Shown here piece after piece: positions 10,619 through 19,286 of a stretch of 64,000 nucleotides of DNA. The notes under the pieces were generated by a model. That model was not told the origin of the DNA. It did not search any database and saw nothing but the letters and a program-made list of their open reading frames with translations. Made by a program: the position numbers and the translations under genes. The stretch's first letter is position 1; each line of letters starts with the position of its first letter. The stretch is from Acholeplasmataceae bacterium (GTDB lineage: Bacteria > Bacillota_I > Bacilli_A > Acholeplasmatales > Acholeplasmataceae): positions 1,440,001-1,504,000 of the forward strand of contig OY775910.1 of NCBI GenBank assembly GCA_963675245.1, written 5' to 3'.

Positions 10619-10642
10619 AAAAAAAAAGACGCTTATGCGTCT
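10619..10642 (-). terminator. Intrinsic terminator of the histidine phosphatase gene
   Basis: Minus strand GACGC-ataa-GCGTC followed by T9. Confidence 0.75.
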
Positions 10643-11208
10643 GGGTGTGTTTCGTGACTAATGAATTTAATACGATTATCAGTAATCTCTAATGTAATAA
10701 TATCACCATTAAGAAGGAAGTAATCTGCAAATGAAAACTGATTAGGATCAGCTTTAACAAGTAGACCCTTTATAACGTGTGAATGTGCGACACAAAGGAT
10801 ACGAGCTTCTGGATATCTCTTTTGTAGATTAAACGCTTGCTTGGTGACACGGTTAATTAACATATCATCATGTTCAAAACCAGGATGACGATAACCTTTA
10901 GTTCTAACTAAGGGCATTGCGTCTTGTACAGATACACCATCCAGATGATAAAAATCTCTTTCGACAAAATGAGGTAAAACTTCGATTGATCCTTTATATT
11001 TAATTTTTTTAGCAATAATATAAGCTGTTTCTAAAGCTCTTGATAAAGGTGAGCTAACAATGGCATCAAAATGCTTTTCTTGTAGTAAATTAGCCACTGT
11101 TCTAGCTTGTTTTTTACCTGTTTCATTTAATGGATTGTTGATACGCCCTTGTACAAGACCTTGACTATTATAATGTGTTTGTCCATGCCGGACCATGGTT
11201 AGAATCAT
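10633..11208 (-). CDS. Histidine phosphatase family protein (phosphoglycerate mutase-like)
   Basis: VRHGQT, SSPLSRALETA, VAHS motifs. Confidence 0.9.
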   Translation of the reverse strand: MILTMVRHGQTHYNSQGLVQGRINNPLNETGKKQARTVANLLQEKHFDAIVSSPLSRALETAYIIAKKIKYKGSIEVLPHFVERDFYHLDGVSVQDAMPLVRTKGYRHPGFEHDDMLINRVTKQAFNLQKRYPEARILCVAHSHVIKGLLVKADPNQFSFADYFLLNGDIITLEITDNRIKFISHETHPDA

Positions 11209-11285
11209 AGTGTACCTCTTTTCCCTTTAGCATTATAACATAGTTGTAATAATTTATGATAAAATAATGGTAAGGAGATGATACG

Positions 11286-12581
11286 ATGCACGTCATTGAT
11301 TTAATTACAAAGAAACGAGATGGTAAAGCACTTAGTCAAGCTGAGATTGCTTTTTTAATCTCATCATATACCAAAGGTGATATGCCTGATTACCAAATGA
11401 GTGCTTTTTTAATGGCAACCTATTTTAAAGGTATGACACATGAAGAAGCGACCCATCTTGCACTCGCGATGAGAGATTCAGGTGATGTTGTAGACTTATC
11501 TGAAATAAAAGGAACTAAAGTAGATAAACATTCAACAGGTGGTGTCGGTGATAAAGTCACATTAATTTTGGCACCTTTAGTTGCGAGTTTAGGTGCGAAA
11601 GTCGCTAAAATGAGCGGACGCGGTTTAGGTCATACTGGTGGTACGATAGACAAACTTGAAAGTATTCCAGGCTTTAAAGTTGAATTACCAAGAGATCAAT
11701 TTATCAAACAAGTCAAAGAGATCGGGATATCTGTCGTAGGGCAAAGTGGTGAAGTTGCACCTGCCGATAAAAAACTATATGCGTTAAGAGATGTAACAGC
11801 TACAGTGGATGTCATTCCACTTATTGCTTCATCAATCATGAGTAAAAAATTAGCTAGTGGTGCCGATGCAATTGTACTTGATGTAAAAGTAGGTAAAGGG
11901 GCATTTATGCAGACTATAGATGAAGCGAGAGAACTTGCTCAATTAATGGTTGATATCGGTAAACTTGCTGGTAAGAAAATGACAGCTATACTAACGGCTA
12001 TGGATGAACCATTAGGTCATAAAATCGGCAACGCATTAGAAGTTGTTGAAGCGATTGAAACATTAAAAGGACATGGTCCTAAAGACCTGGTTGATGTGGT
12101 TATGACAATTGCCTCAGAATTGATTGTTTATGCAGGTGTGACAAATGATATAGAGGATGCTAAAAAACGCTTAAATGAAGCAATAAATGATGGTAGAGCT
12201 TATGATAAGTTTTTAGCGTTTGTTAAAGCGCAAGGTGGCGATGTTGAACAATTGAAACATCCTGAAGCATTACTTTCATCTAAAACTGTTGCTGTTAAAG
12301 CGAATCAAAAAGGGTATGTCAATGAAATTGATGCAATGGCGATTGGACAAGCTGCTATGAGACTTGGTGCTGGTCGAGAAACGAAAGCAGACCAAATTGA
12401 TTTATCGGTCGGAATTGATTTGCACATCAAAGTTGGTGATGCCGTTGATGAAGGTCAACCTATCGCTACACTTTATGTGAATCATAAAGGTATTGAAGAA
12501 GCATCTAAGATGATTGAGAAAGCTGTATTGATTGGTGATAAACCAAAGATAGAACCACTCATTAAGGAGATTATTAGGTGA
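11286..12581 (+). CDS. pdp: Pyrimidine-nucleoside phosphorylase
   Basis: DKHSTGGVGDK, KMSGRGLGHTGGTIDKLE, SIMSKKLA, LGAGR. Confidence 0.96.
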   Translation: MHVIDLITKKRDGKALSQAEIAFLISSYTKGDMPDYQMSAFLMATYFKGMTHEEATHLALAMRDSGDVVDLSEIKGTKVDKHSTGGVGDKVTLILAPLVASLGAKVAKMSGRGLGHTGGTIDKLESIPGFKVELPRDQFIKQVKEIGISVVGQSGEVAPADKKLYALRDVTATVDVIPLIASSIMSKKLASGADAIVLDVKVGKGAFMQTIDEARELAQLMVDIGKLAGKKMTAILTAMDEPLGHKIGNALEVVEAIETLKGHGPKDLVDVVMTIASELIVYAGVTNDIEDAKKRLNEAINDGRAYDKFLAFVKAQGGDVEQLKHPEALLSSKTVAVKANQKGYVNEIDAMAIGQAAMRLGAGRETKADQIDLSVGIDLHIKVGDAVDEGQPIATLYVNHKGIEEASKMIEKAVLIGDKPKIEPLIKEIIR

Positions 12582-13696
12582 TTAATGTTATTCTTCCAGA
12601 TTATGATAATTCAATATTAAATGTCTCAGCAACACTCCTTAATCATTATGGTATTCGTACCATCTATCATCCGATACCAGAACTTAAGGAACAACTAGAA
12701 AAAGATCCCAAGCATGTCTTTTTGTTATTGCTTGATGGGATGGGAATTAACATTATTAATCGGTATTTAAAGCGGAAAGATTTTTTAAGAGAGCATGTTG
12801 TTAAAACCATAACGTCTGTCTTTCCTTCGACGACGGTTGCTGCAACCAATGCTGTTTTAACAGGTAAATCACCTTGGAGTTCAGGTTATTTAGGTTGGGT
12901 TCAATACTTAAAAGATGAAGATGTTTATGATACGGTTTTTTTAAATAAAGATTATTATGATTCGGAAAAAGTATTTGCAGAAGATTTCATTGAGAAATAT
13001 TTTAAGCAACCCCAAATTACTGACTTAATCAAACAAGCTAATGCTGAAATGATTACAAGACAATTATTTCCTAATTTTAAACCTAATGGGTTTGATACAC
13101 TAAGTGAAGAATTGGATGAAATGGTGAATATTTCAAAAACAAAAGAGAAGACTTTTACGTATATCTATTGGGGAGAACCAGATTTAACTGAACATGATTA
13201 TGGACCTTTTAGTTCAGTCACTAAGGCATTATTACTAGATATTAATCAGGCGGTTAAACATCATGCACAAGCGCTTAATGAAGATAGTTTGCTGATTGTG
13301 ATTGCCGATCACGGACATCAGAAAGTAAAACCAATTAATTTATATCAAGACGAGACTTTACTATCGATGTTAGACAAATTACCCACTCTTGAACCAAGAG
13401 CTACGAGTTTCTTTGTGAAGCCAGAAGCCATCAATTCATTCAAGTCATACTTCAATCATACTTATGGAAAATGGTATGCTCTTTATACAAAAGACGAGTT
13501 ATTTCATATGGGATTGCTGGGTAATGGTGAAAAACATATGTTAGTGGATCAATGCATAGGGGATTATATGGCGATTGCCATTAAAGATAGATATTTCCAA
13601 TTTAAAGATAAAAAACCTTTCAAAGGTCATCATGCTGGTTTGACAAAACATGAGATGATCGTCCCTTTAATCTTATATCATAAAAAAAAGCGGTGA
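12578..13696 (+). CDS. Alkaline phosphatase superfamily / nucleotide pyrophosphatase-phosphodiesterase
   Basis: LLDGMG, SVFPSTT nucleophile, DLTEH, ADHGH, GHHAG. Confidence 0.82.
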   Translation: MINVILPDYDNSILNVSATLLNHYGIRTIYHPIPELKEQLEKDPKHVFLLLLDGMGINIINRYLKRKDFLREHVVKTITSVFPSTTVAATNAVLTGKSPWSSGYLGWVQYLKDEDVYDTVFLNKDYYDSEKVFAEDFIEKYFKQPQITDLIKQANAEMITRQLFPNFKPNGFDTLSEELDEMVNISKTKEKTFTYIYWGEPDLTEHDYGPFSSVTKALLLDINQAVKHHAQALNEDSLLIVIADHGHQKVKPINLYQDETLLSMLDKLPTLEPRATSFFVKPEAINSFKSYFNHTYGKWYALYTKDELFHMGLLGNGEKHMLVDQCIGDYMAIAIKDRYFQFKDKKPFKGHHAGLTKHEMIVPLILYHKKKR

Positions 13697-13715
13697 GCTA
13701 AAACTCATCGCTTTT
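13686..13715. terminator. Bidirectional terminator between convergent genes
   Basis: AAAAGCGGTGAG-ctaaaa-CTCATCGCTTTT. Confidence 0.8.
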
Positions 13716-13730
13716 ATGTCTAATCACAAC

Positions 13731-14636
13731 TTATTTTGATTTGCTGTCTTTCGCAGCTTCAGCAGCAACTAAAACAGTTGAAGCTAAGTCTGTAATGTTT
13801 GTTGGAACAACAATCTTTGTTGCTTGACCTTGAGCCACTTTAGCAAGTGCTTCATAGGCTTTAATGGTAAGAACTGCATTGTCAGGTTTAGAATCCTTAA
13901 TTAATTTAATACCAAGTGATTCAGCTTCCTTAAGTTTGTAAATAGCAGATGCTTCCCCTTCAGCTTCTTTGATTTTTTGCTGTTTAACAGCATCAGCTCT
14001 AAGAATAACCGCTTGTGCTTCACCTTCAGCACGAAGAATTTCAGCACGTTTTTCCCCTTCAGCAATAAGAATCGTTTGACGTCTTTCACGTTCTGCTCTC
14101 ATTTGCTTTTCCATCGAATCTCTAATGTCTTTTGGAGGTAAGATGTTCTTAACTTCGACACGATTAACTTTAATTCCCCATGGATCTGTAGCTTCATCTA
14201 AGATCTTACGCATGTGCGTATTGATTAAGTCTCTAGATGTTAATGTTTGGTCTAAGTCTAAATCACCGATGATGTTACGAAGTGTCGTTGCAGAAATCTT
14301 TTCAATAGCATGAAGTGGACTTTCTGTACCATACGTATAAGCTTTAGGATCTGTGATTGAGAAGAAAACGACTGTATCAATTTGCATGGTGACATTATCT
14401 TTTGTAATAACAGGTTGTGGATCAAAGTCCTTAACTTGTTCTTTTAAAGATACAACACTCGCGATGCGGTCAATCACTGGAATAAGAAAATGAATACCAA
14501 CCCCCCACGTTGTATAATAACCACCAAGTCTTTCAACAACAACTTTTTTAGTTTGTGTGACAAGACGGAAACTAGCAGCAATAACAATCAGTACAATTGC
14601 TAAAACTACGATTAATACGATATAACCTGCTCCCAT
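13731..14636 (-). CDS. SPFH/stomatin-like protein (QmcA/paraslipin type)
   Basis: N-terminal TM, VVERLG, ITKDNV, TLRNIIG, WGIKVNRVE, MEKQMRAERERR coiled coil. Confidence 0.93.
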   Translation of the reverse strand: MGAGYIVLIVVLAIVLIVIAASFRLVTQTKKVVVERLGGYYTTWGVGIHFLIPVIDRIASVVSLKEQVKDFDPQPVITKDNVTMQIDTVVFFSITDPKAYTYGTESPLHAIEKISATTLRNIIGDLDLDQTLTSRDLINTHMRKILDEATDPWGIKVNRVEVKNILPPKDIRDSMEKQMRAERERRQTILIAEGEKRAEILRAEGEAQAVILRADAVKQQKIKEAEGEASAIYKLKEAESLGIKLIKDSKPDNAVLTIKAYEALAKVAQGQATKIVVPTNITDLASTVLVAAEAAKDSKSK

Positions 14637-14656
14637 AATATTACCTTCTTTCTAAA

Positions 14657-15085
14657 TTATATTTTTTCGACGATGAGTGTTGCACCTTCAACATCAAGTA
14701 CACGCACCTTTTCATCGACTTCGATTGTTTCATGAGCAACAGCTGCCCAATCATTTAGACGCAATCTGACACGTCCCTTACCCGTTTCTGTAATACGTTC
14801 TGTAACAAATCCTTCTTGGCCAATAATGGAGTCTACGTTGGTCTTAATTTCATTAACCTTAAAATATTTCATAACGACAGGTCTTGTGAAGAAGAAGAGT
14901 ACAACGGTTAAGGCGACAAATAGAAGTACTTGAAGCCAAATCAATTCATTACCAACAATTAATGAAATGATAAAACTTGGGATTGCTGAAATAGCAAACC
15001 AAATTGAAACCATATCTGCAGTAGCAAACTCAATAGCGAGCGCTACAACAAATACCCCGAGCCAAATGATCATCATTGTTTCCAT
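14657..15085 (-). CDS. NfeD family protein (short form)
   Basis: TM hairpins then IGQEG.V…G.V…W.A…V.V..VEG.TL.V OB fold; directly upstream of SPFH gene. Confidence 0.9.
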   Translation of the reverse strand: METMMIIWLGVFVVALAIEFATADMVSIWFAISAIPSFIISLIVGNELIWLQVLLFVALTVVLFFFTRPVVMKYFKVNEIKTNVDSIIGQEGFVTERITETGKGRVRLRLNDWAAVAHETIEVDEKVRVLDVEGATLIVEKI

Positions 15086-15086
15086 A

Positions 15087-15461
15087 CTATATTGCCTCCT
15101 TTAAATCGACGACTAAAAGTTTTTCTTTTGAATCCCAGTTCGCCTTAAATTTGTACGTCGCTGTTTCCAAATCTAAGTTAACGAGATCCGCGATTTCATT
15201 GACAAATGCCTTATTGGCGACCCGACTATAAGAAGTACGAACAGAAATTCGATACTTCGCATTCTCTGGAATGTCATGCTTTGTCGCTGCCTCTTTTGTT
15301 AGAGGTTTGATAAAGACAAGCTTTTCATCCTTGTTGAAACCAAGCATCACGCTATAAGCGGACTCAAAGAAAATTGTAGCTGGTTTATTTAGGGTAAGGT
15401 TACCGCTTGCGACGGTGACCACGCAATCCTTTGGTTTTTCATTAAACCAATTTATATGCAT
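15087..15461 (-). CDS. Hypothetical protein (124 aa), first gene of the nfeD-SPFH operon
   Basis: RBS AAGGAGG, own promoter, 1-bp gap to nfeD. Confidence 0.8.
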   Translation of the reverse strand: MHINWFNEKPKDCVVTVASGNLTLNKPATIFFESAYSVMLGFNKDEKLVFIKPLTKEAATKHDIPENAKYRISVRTSYSRVANKAFVNEIADLVNLDLETATYKFKANWDSKEKLLVVDLKEAI

Positions 15462-15483
15462 AATATCCCTCCTTACACCAATA

Positions 15484-15512
15484 ATTATACACCTAAATTA
15501 TTGTGAATGCAA
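15484..15512 (-). promoter_or_regulatory. Sigma-A-like promoter of the hypothetical-nfeD-SPFH operon
   Basis: TTGCAT-17 bp-TATAAT on the minus strand, overlapped by a 10-bp inverted repeat. Confidence 0.7.
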
Positions 15513-15538
15513 GTATAATTATGCAAAATTATTTTAGA

Positions 15539-16000
15539 TTAATTAAAATGATAGTTAATGATTGTTAGTCCTAAATCCCGACCATAGGACTTGATTTGGT
15601 CATCCATCTCTTTAGCTTCAATCTGATTTTCCATTGATGTTTTGATCAAATCGATAATCGATCCTATTGCGTCTATAGAAGCATATGCATAAAGTTGTGG
15701 ATCAAAAACTTTGTATGTAATGGATATATTCATCTTAATTTGTTCATGATGATTGTCTTCATATGTGAATCGTCGACTTACATGGATTTCCTCTACTGGA
15801 ATGCGTTCTAACACACGATCAATAAAGGGAAATAAGAAGAAAATAACTGGATCCTCAATCAAACGATGAAATTTACCAAAACGCTCAACGATGGTCATTT
15901 CATCTTTTTTATTAAATTTGAGATGTAGTGCTGTAAAAACAAGAATAATCAAAAGTAAAACGATTGTAATGCGTAATGAATCGGATAATAGAATAATCAT
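15539..16000 (-). CDS. Short SPFH-domain membrane protein
   Basis: TM then IVERFGKF…FPFIDRV and ITYKVFDP.LYAY; lacks coiled-coil tail; ATG 16000 with RBS GAGGT. Confidence 0.7.
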   Translation of the reverse strand: MIILLSDSLRITIVLLLIILVFTALHLKFNKKDEMTIVERFGKFHRLIEDPVIFFLFPFIDRVLERIPVEEIHVSRRFTYEDNHHEQIKMNISITYKVFDPQLYAYASIDAIGSIIDLIKTSMENQIEAKEMDDQIKSYGRDLGLTIINYHFN

Positions 16001-16011
16001 AAGTAACCTCA

Positions 16012-16040
16012 TTGTATTATTGAATAAAACGTGTTATTAT
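16012..16040 (+). promoter_or_regulatory. Promoter of the TPP riboswitch-thiT unit
   Basis: TTGTAT-17 bp-TATTAT with TG extension. Confidence 0.55.
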
Positions 16041-16050
16041 TGATAATGAT

Positions 16051-16129
16051 CACTACGGGGAGCAAAAGCTGAGAGGACATGTGTCGACCCGTTGAACCTG
16101 ATCTGGATGAAACCAGCGGAGGGATAGTG
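16051..16129 (+). promoter_or_regulatory. TPP riboswitch aptamer
   Basis: CACTA P1, GGGGAGC…GCTGAGA, GACCCGTTGAACCTGATCTGGATGAAACCAGCGGAGGGA, closing TAGTG; upstream of thiT. Confidence 0.96.
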
Positions 16130-16150
16130 TAATAGTCTTTATTAACTATC

Positions 16151-16181
16151 AATTTCTTTGGGCATCCATAGAAATTTTTTT
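16151..16181 (+). terminator. Expression-platform terminator of the TPP riboswitch
   Basis: AATTTCTTTGG-gcat-CCATAGAAATT plus T tract, before the thiT RBS. Confidence 0.65.
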
Positions 16182-16201
16182 ATTTCTAAGGAGGAAAAGA
16201 A

Positions 16202-16909
16202 ATGCAAGTCAGAAATGAAACAAAGAAGTTAGTTGTAACGGCAATACTTTTAGCTAGTGGTATTGCGATTGATCTCATTGTGAGTTTTGTGCCAGGGTTA
16301 AATTTAAGAATGCCATTTGGCGGGAAATTTTTTGGGATATCCATGATTCCTATTATTATGATAGGATTAATATTTGGATTAAGATATGGTTTATTAGCTG
16401 GTTTTATATTTGGTATATATAATTTCAGCTTTGATTACTTAATCTACTTATCAGCGTTAAGAGATACGCTTGAATCATGGACTGGAACATCTTGGACAGC
16501 TATGCAAATCCTTTTACTGATACTTTTGGATTATGTCATACCATTTACAGCCTTTGGCTTAGTTGGACTATTCAAAGATGGTTTAAGAAAAGTGAGTTCA
16601 ATTGTATATGCGACAATAGCGGTTAGTTTTGTCAGATTAGTGTCAAGCACACTATCAGGAGTCGTGCTGTGGAGTAGTAGTATCAATTTTGCAGTGGAAG
16701 CTGTTGAAAATGGTGATGCAAATCCTGATTTGGCAACGCGTATCTTTGCTGCAATGAATGGCAATTTATGGTTATATAGTATGTTTTACAATTTAACATA
16801 CATTTTAACGACTGGAATCGTTGTCATCGTGATTATTATAGCCATAAGAGTTCGTCTAGTCGATTTACTTGAGAAAAACAACATTATTGGAATAAGTACT
16901 CTTCAATAA
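16202..16909 (+). CDS. thiT: Energy-coupling-factor thiamine transporter S component
   Basis: MPFGG..ISMIP, LLDYVIPF, SGVVLW, YS..YN..Y; TPP riboswitch upstream. Confidence 0.9.
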   Translation: MQVRNETKKLVVTAILLASGIAIDLIVSFVPGLNLRMPFGGKFFGISMIPIIMIGLIFGLRYGLLAGFIFGIYNFSFDYLIYLSALRDTLESWTGTSWTAMQILLLILLDYVIPFTAFGLVGLFKDGLRKVSSIVYATIAVSFVRLVSSTLSGVVLWSSSINFAVEAVENGDANPDLATRIFAAMNGNLWLYSMFYNLTYILTTGIVVIVIIIAIRVRLVDLLEKNNIIGISTLQ

Positions 16910-17459
16910 CAGATAAATAATCAAGTCTAGGTTGATAAGCAAATTGAATAAGATATGCACTTTCTTTGAAAGTTTGATAAGGGATGGATTTTCGTCCCTT
17001 TTCTTTATGCTGTTCTTGCCAGTATTCAATTAATACGTTAAAGGGCAAAACATAATATTCATTGTATTGCTTAAAATGAACGATTAAGAAGGCAATACCG
17101 CCATGCTCATCAACATTTCTTAAATGTTCGATTTGATGAGAATGTATGTTTTTTAAAGGCATCGATGTTTTTGAATTCGTTTCTTTGGCATCAAAATCGA
17201 TATATTTTCCTTTATATAAACCATTGAAATCTGTTGTTGATGGTGTTTTATAATAGGCCTCTGTAATCTTTGCTTTATTACGTGCTGGATAAGATACATT
17301 AACAACTTGAACAGGTGTTGGTTTTTTATGTATAACTGCGATATGATTAATCAGATAGTATTGATTGGTAGCTTCAATATCTGATTCTAGTGTCATACCC
17401 AGGTTTGCGTAATTAGTTTGTTTGTTTTGTGCTTTTCTTTTGATAGGATATTTTATCAT
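16884..17459 (-). CDS. recU: Holliday junction resolvase RecU
   Basis: GMTLE, IHKKPTP, STTDFNG, FDAKET, HQIEHL; ATG 17459 with RBS AGGTGAG. Confidence 0.95.
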   Translation of the reverse strand: MIKYPIKRKAQNKQTNYANLGMTLESDIEATNQYYLINHIAVIHKKPTPVQVVNVSYPARNKAKITEAYYKTPSTTDFNGLYKGKYIDFDAKETNSKTSMPLKNIHSHQIEHLRNVDEHGGIAFLIVHFKQYNEYYVLPFNVLIEYWQEQHKEKGRKSIPYQTFKESAYLIQFAYQPRLDYLSVIEEYLFQ

Positions 17460-17570
17460 TTGTCTCACCTAATACTATCTTATCATACGCGAAACAAATC
17501 TGTTGAGATAATCAAAGATTATGATATAATTACTATAGTTAATAAACGTTACAGAATTAAGGAAGTGTTA

Positions 17571-19247
17571 ATGTTGAGTCATATTAGATTTTTCGCTTTG
17601 GGCGGACTAGGCGAAAATGGTAAAAATATGTATGTAGTTGAAGTGGACAAAAGTCTTTTTATACTAGATGCTGGAATTAAATATCCAAGTTCCGAATTAT
17701 ATGGGGTTGATGAAATCATCCCTGATTATAAAGTGCTTGTGCATGCAAAAGATCGTATCAAGGGGATCTTTTTATCTCATGCACATGAAGATCATATCAG
17801 TGCTATTCCACATTTGATTGAAGAATTAAATGTACCAGTCTATGCGTCTAATTTTACAATGCAAATTGTTAAAGATATGTTAAATGATAGTAAATTTGAT
17901 TTAGAAAAATACACGTTAAATGTGGTTTCTCAAAATAGTATTATTAAATTTGGAAACGTCCGTGTATCGTTTTTTAAAACCACACATTCTATCCCAGAAT
18001 CATTAGGAATTGCGGTACATACAGTAGATGGTTCTATCATTTATACATCTGATTTTACATTTGATCAAAGTGGTGACTTTAGATATCAAACCGATTTTAA
18101 GAAAATTAATGAATTAGCAGAAAAACCAGTACTCGCTTTACTAACAGAATCTTTAGGTTCAACACTCGTCTTAAATGGTGGTGTAAATCAAGCATTAGAT
18201 CATAAATTAAATAGTATATTTGCGAATGCAACTGGACGTATTATTATTAGTCTTTTTTCTTCCGATTTAAGAAAGATTCAACATGCAATTAATATCAGTT
18301 TAAAACATCACAAAAAAATAGCAATTATTGGTCGTCGTGCTCAAAGAATTGTTGATATTGCGATTGCTGATGGTTATTTAGATATACCTAATGAAGCATT
18401 AATAAATCTTCGATATATTGATGAAAAGAATCAAAATGATGATCCGAATATCGTTGCTTTAGTGACTGGTAATCGTCATGAACCATTCTTTATGTTACAA
18501 AGAATGTGTAAGAAGCAAGATCGCTTAATCAATATTAATGAAGGTGACACGATTGTTTTAATGACTGCTCCTGTACCAGGTACAGAAAAAATGGCAGCTC
18601 GAACCTTAGACACATTATATCGAAGTGATGCTGATGTTGAAAATATCGATCGCCGATTGCTCACAGCAGCACATGCGACTGCAGAAGAAATTAAGATGAT
18701 GATCAACTTCTTGAAACCGAAATACATTATTCCAACCATTGGTGAATATCGCCATCAATATGGTGTAAAACAATTAGCGATGGAAATTGGTTATAAAGAA
18801 AGTCAAATTATGATGTTAGACAATGGGGATGTTTTCAACTATCAAAACAACGATTCATTTGTGTCACGTGGTGATATTAATGTCGGTGAAATTCTGATTG
18901 ATGGTACAGCAGTTGGTGATGTGAATGATTTTGTCATGAAAGACAGAGAACTGCTTGCTGAAGATGGTGCGTTACTTATTGTTGCACATGTCAATCCTAA
19001 AACCAAAAAGATTTTAGGTGAAGTGGAAATCGTAACGAAAGGTTTTATTTATGTCAAAGAATCAGAAGAAATTGTCGATAAAATAAAGGAAATTTTCTTC
19101 ACAGTCAGTGAAAAACATCTTACAGGACGTTACATCAACTGGAATGATTTTAAACGTGATGTTAGAAATGAGACCAATCGATATATTTATGAAGCGATAA
19201 GAAGAAGACCGATAACCATTCCAGTGATCATCTCAACAGACATTTAA
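17571..19247 (+). CDS. rnj: Ribonuclease J family (J2-like degenerate C-terminal motifs)
   Basis: LGGLGENGKNM, HAHEDH, HSIP, beta-CASP organisation; start moved to ATG 17571 (RBS AAGGAAG). Confidence 0.92.
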   Translation: MLSHIRFFALGGLGENGKNMYVVEVDKSLFILDAGIKYPSSELYGVDEIIPDYKVLVHAKDRIKGIFLSHAHEDHISAIPHLIEELNVPVYASNFTMQIVKDMLNDSKFDLEKYTLNVVSQNSIIKFGNVRVSFFKTTHSIPESLGIAVHTVDGSIIYTSDFTFDQSGDFRYQTDFKKINELAEKPVLALLTESLGSTLVLNGGVNQALDHKLNSIFANATGRIIISLFSSDLRKIQHAINISLKHHKKIAIIGRRAQRIVDIAIADGYLDIPNEALINLRYIDEKNQNDDPNIVALVTGNRHEPFFMLQRMCKKQDRLININEGDTIVLMTAPVPGTEKMAARTLDTLYRSDADVENIDRRLLTAAHATAEEIKMMINFLKPKYIIPTIGEYRHQYGVKQLAMEIGYKESQIMMLDNGDVFNYQNNDSFVSRGDINVGEILIDGTAVGDVNDFVMKDRELLAEDGALLIVAHVNPKTKKILGEVEIVTKGFIYVKESEEIVDKIKEIFFTVSEKHLTGRYINWNDFKRDVRNETNRYIYEAIRRRPITIPVIISTDI

Positions 19248-19257
19248 TATATAAAAT

Positions 19258-19286
19258 AAGAGCCATGCTGAACCATGGCTCTTTTT
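19258..19286. terminator. Terminator between convergent rnj and rarA
   Basis: AAGAGCCATG-ctgaac-CATGGCTCTT-TTT. Confidence 0.85.

Noticed and set aside
17418..17570. Long N-terminal extensions in the ORF track (rnj from 17418; also mutS2 32052, rpsO 37126, hisS 24488, deoB 51006)
   Set aside because: Upstream in-frame starts lack RBS and overlap other features; downstream ATGs match family N-termini
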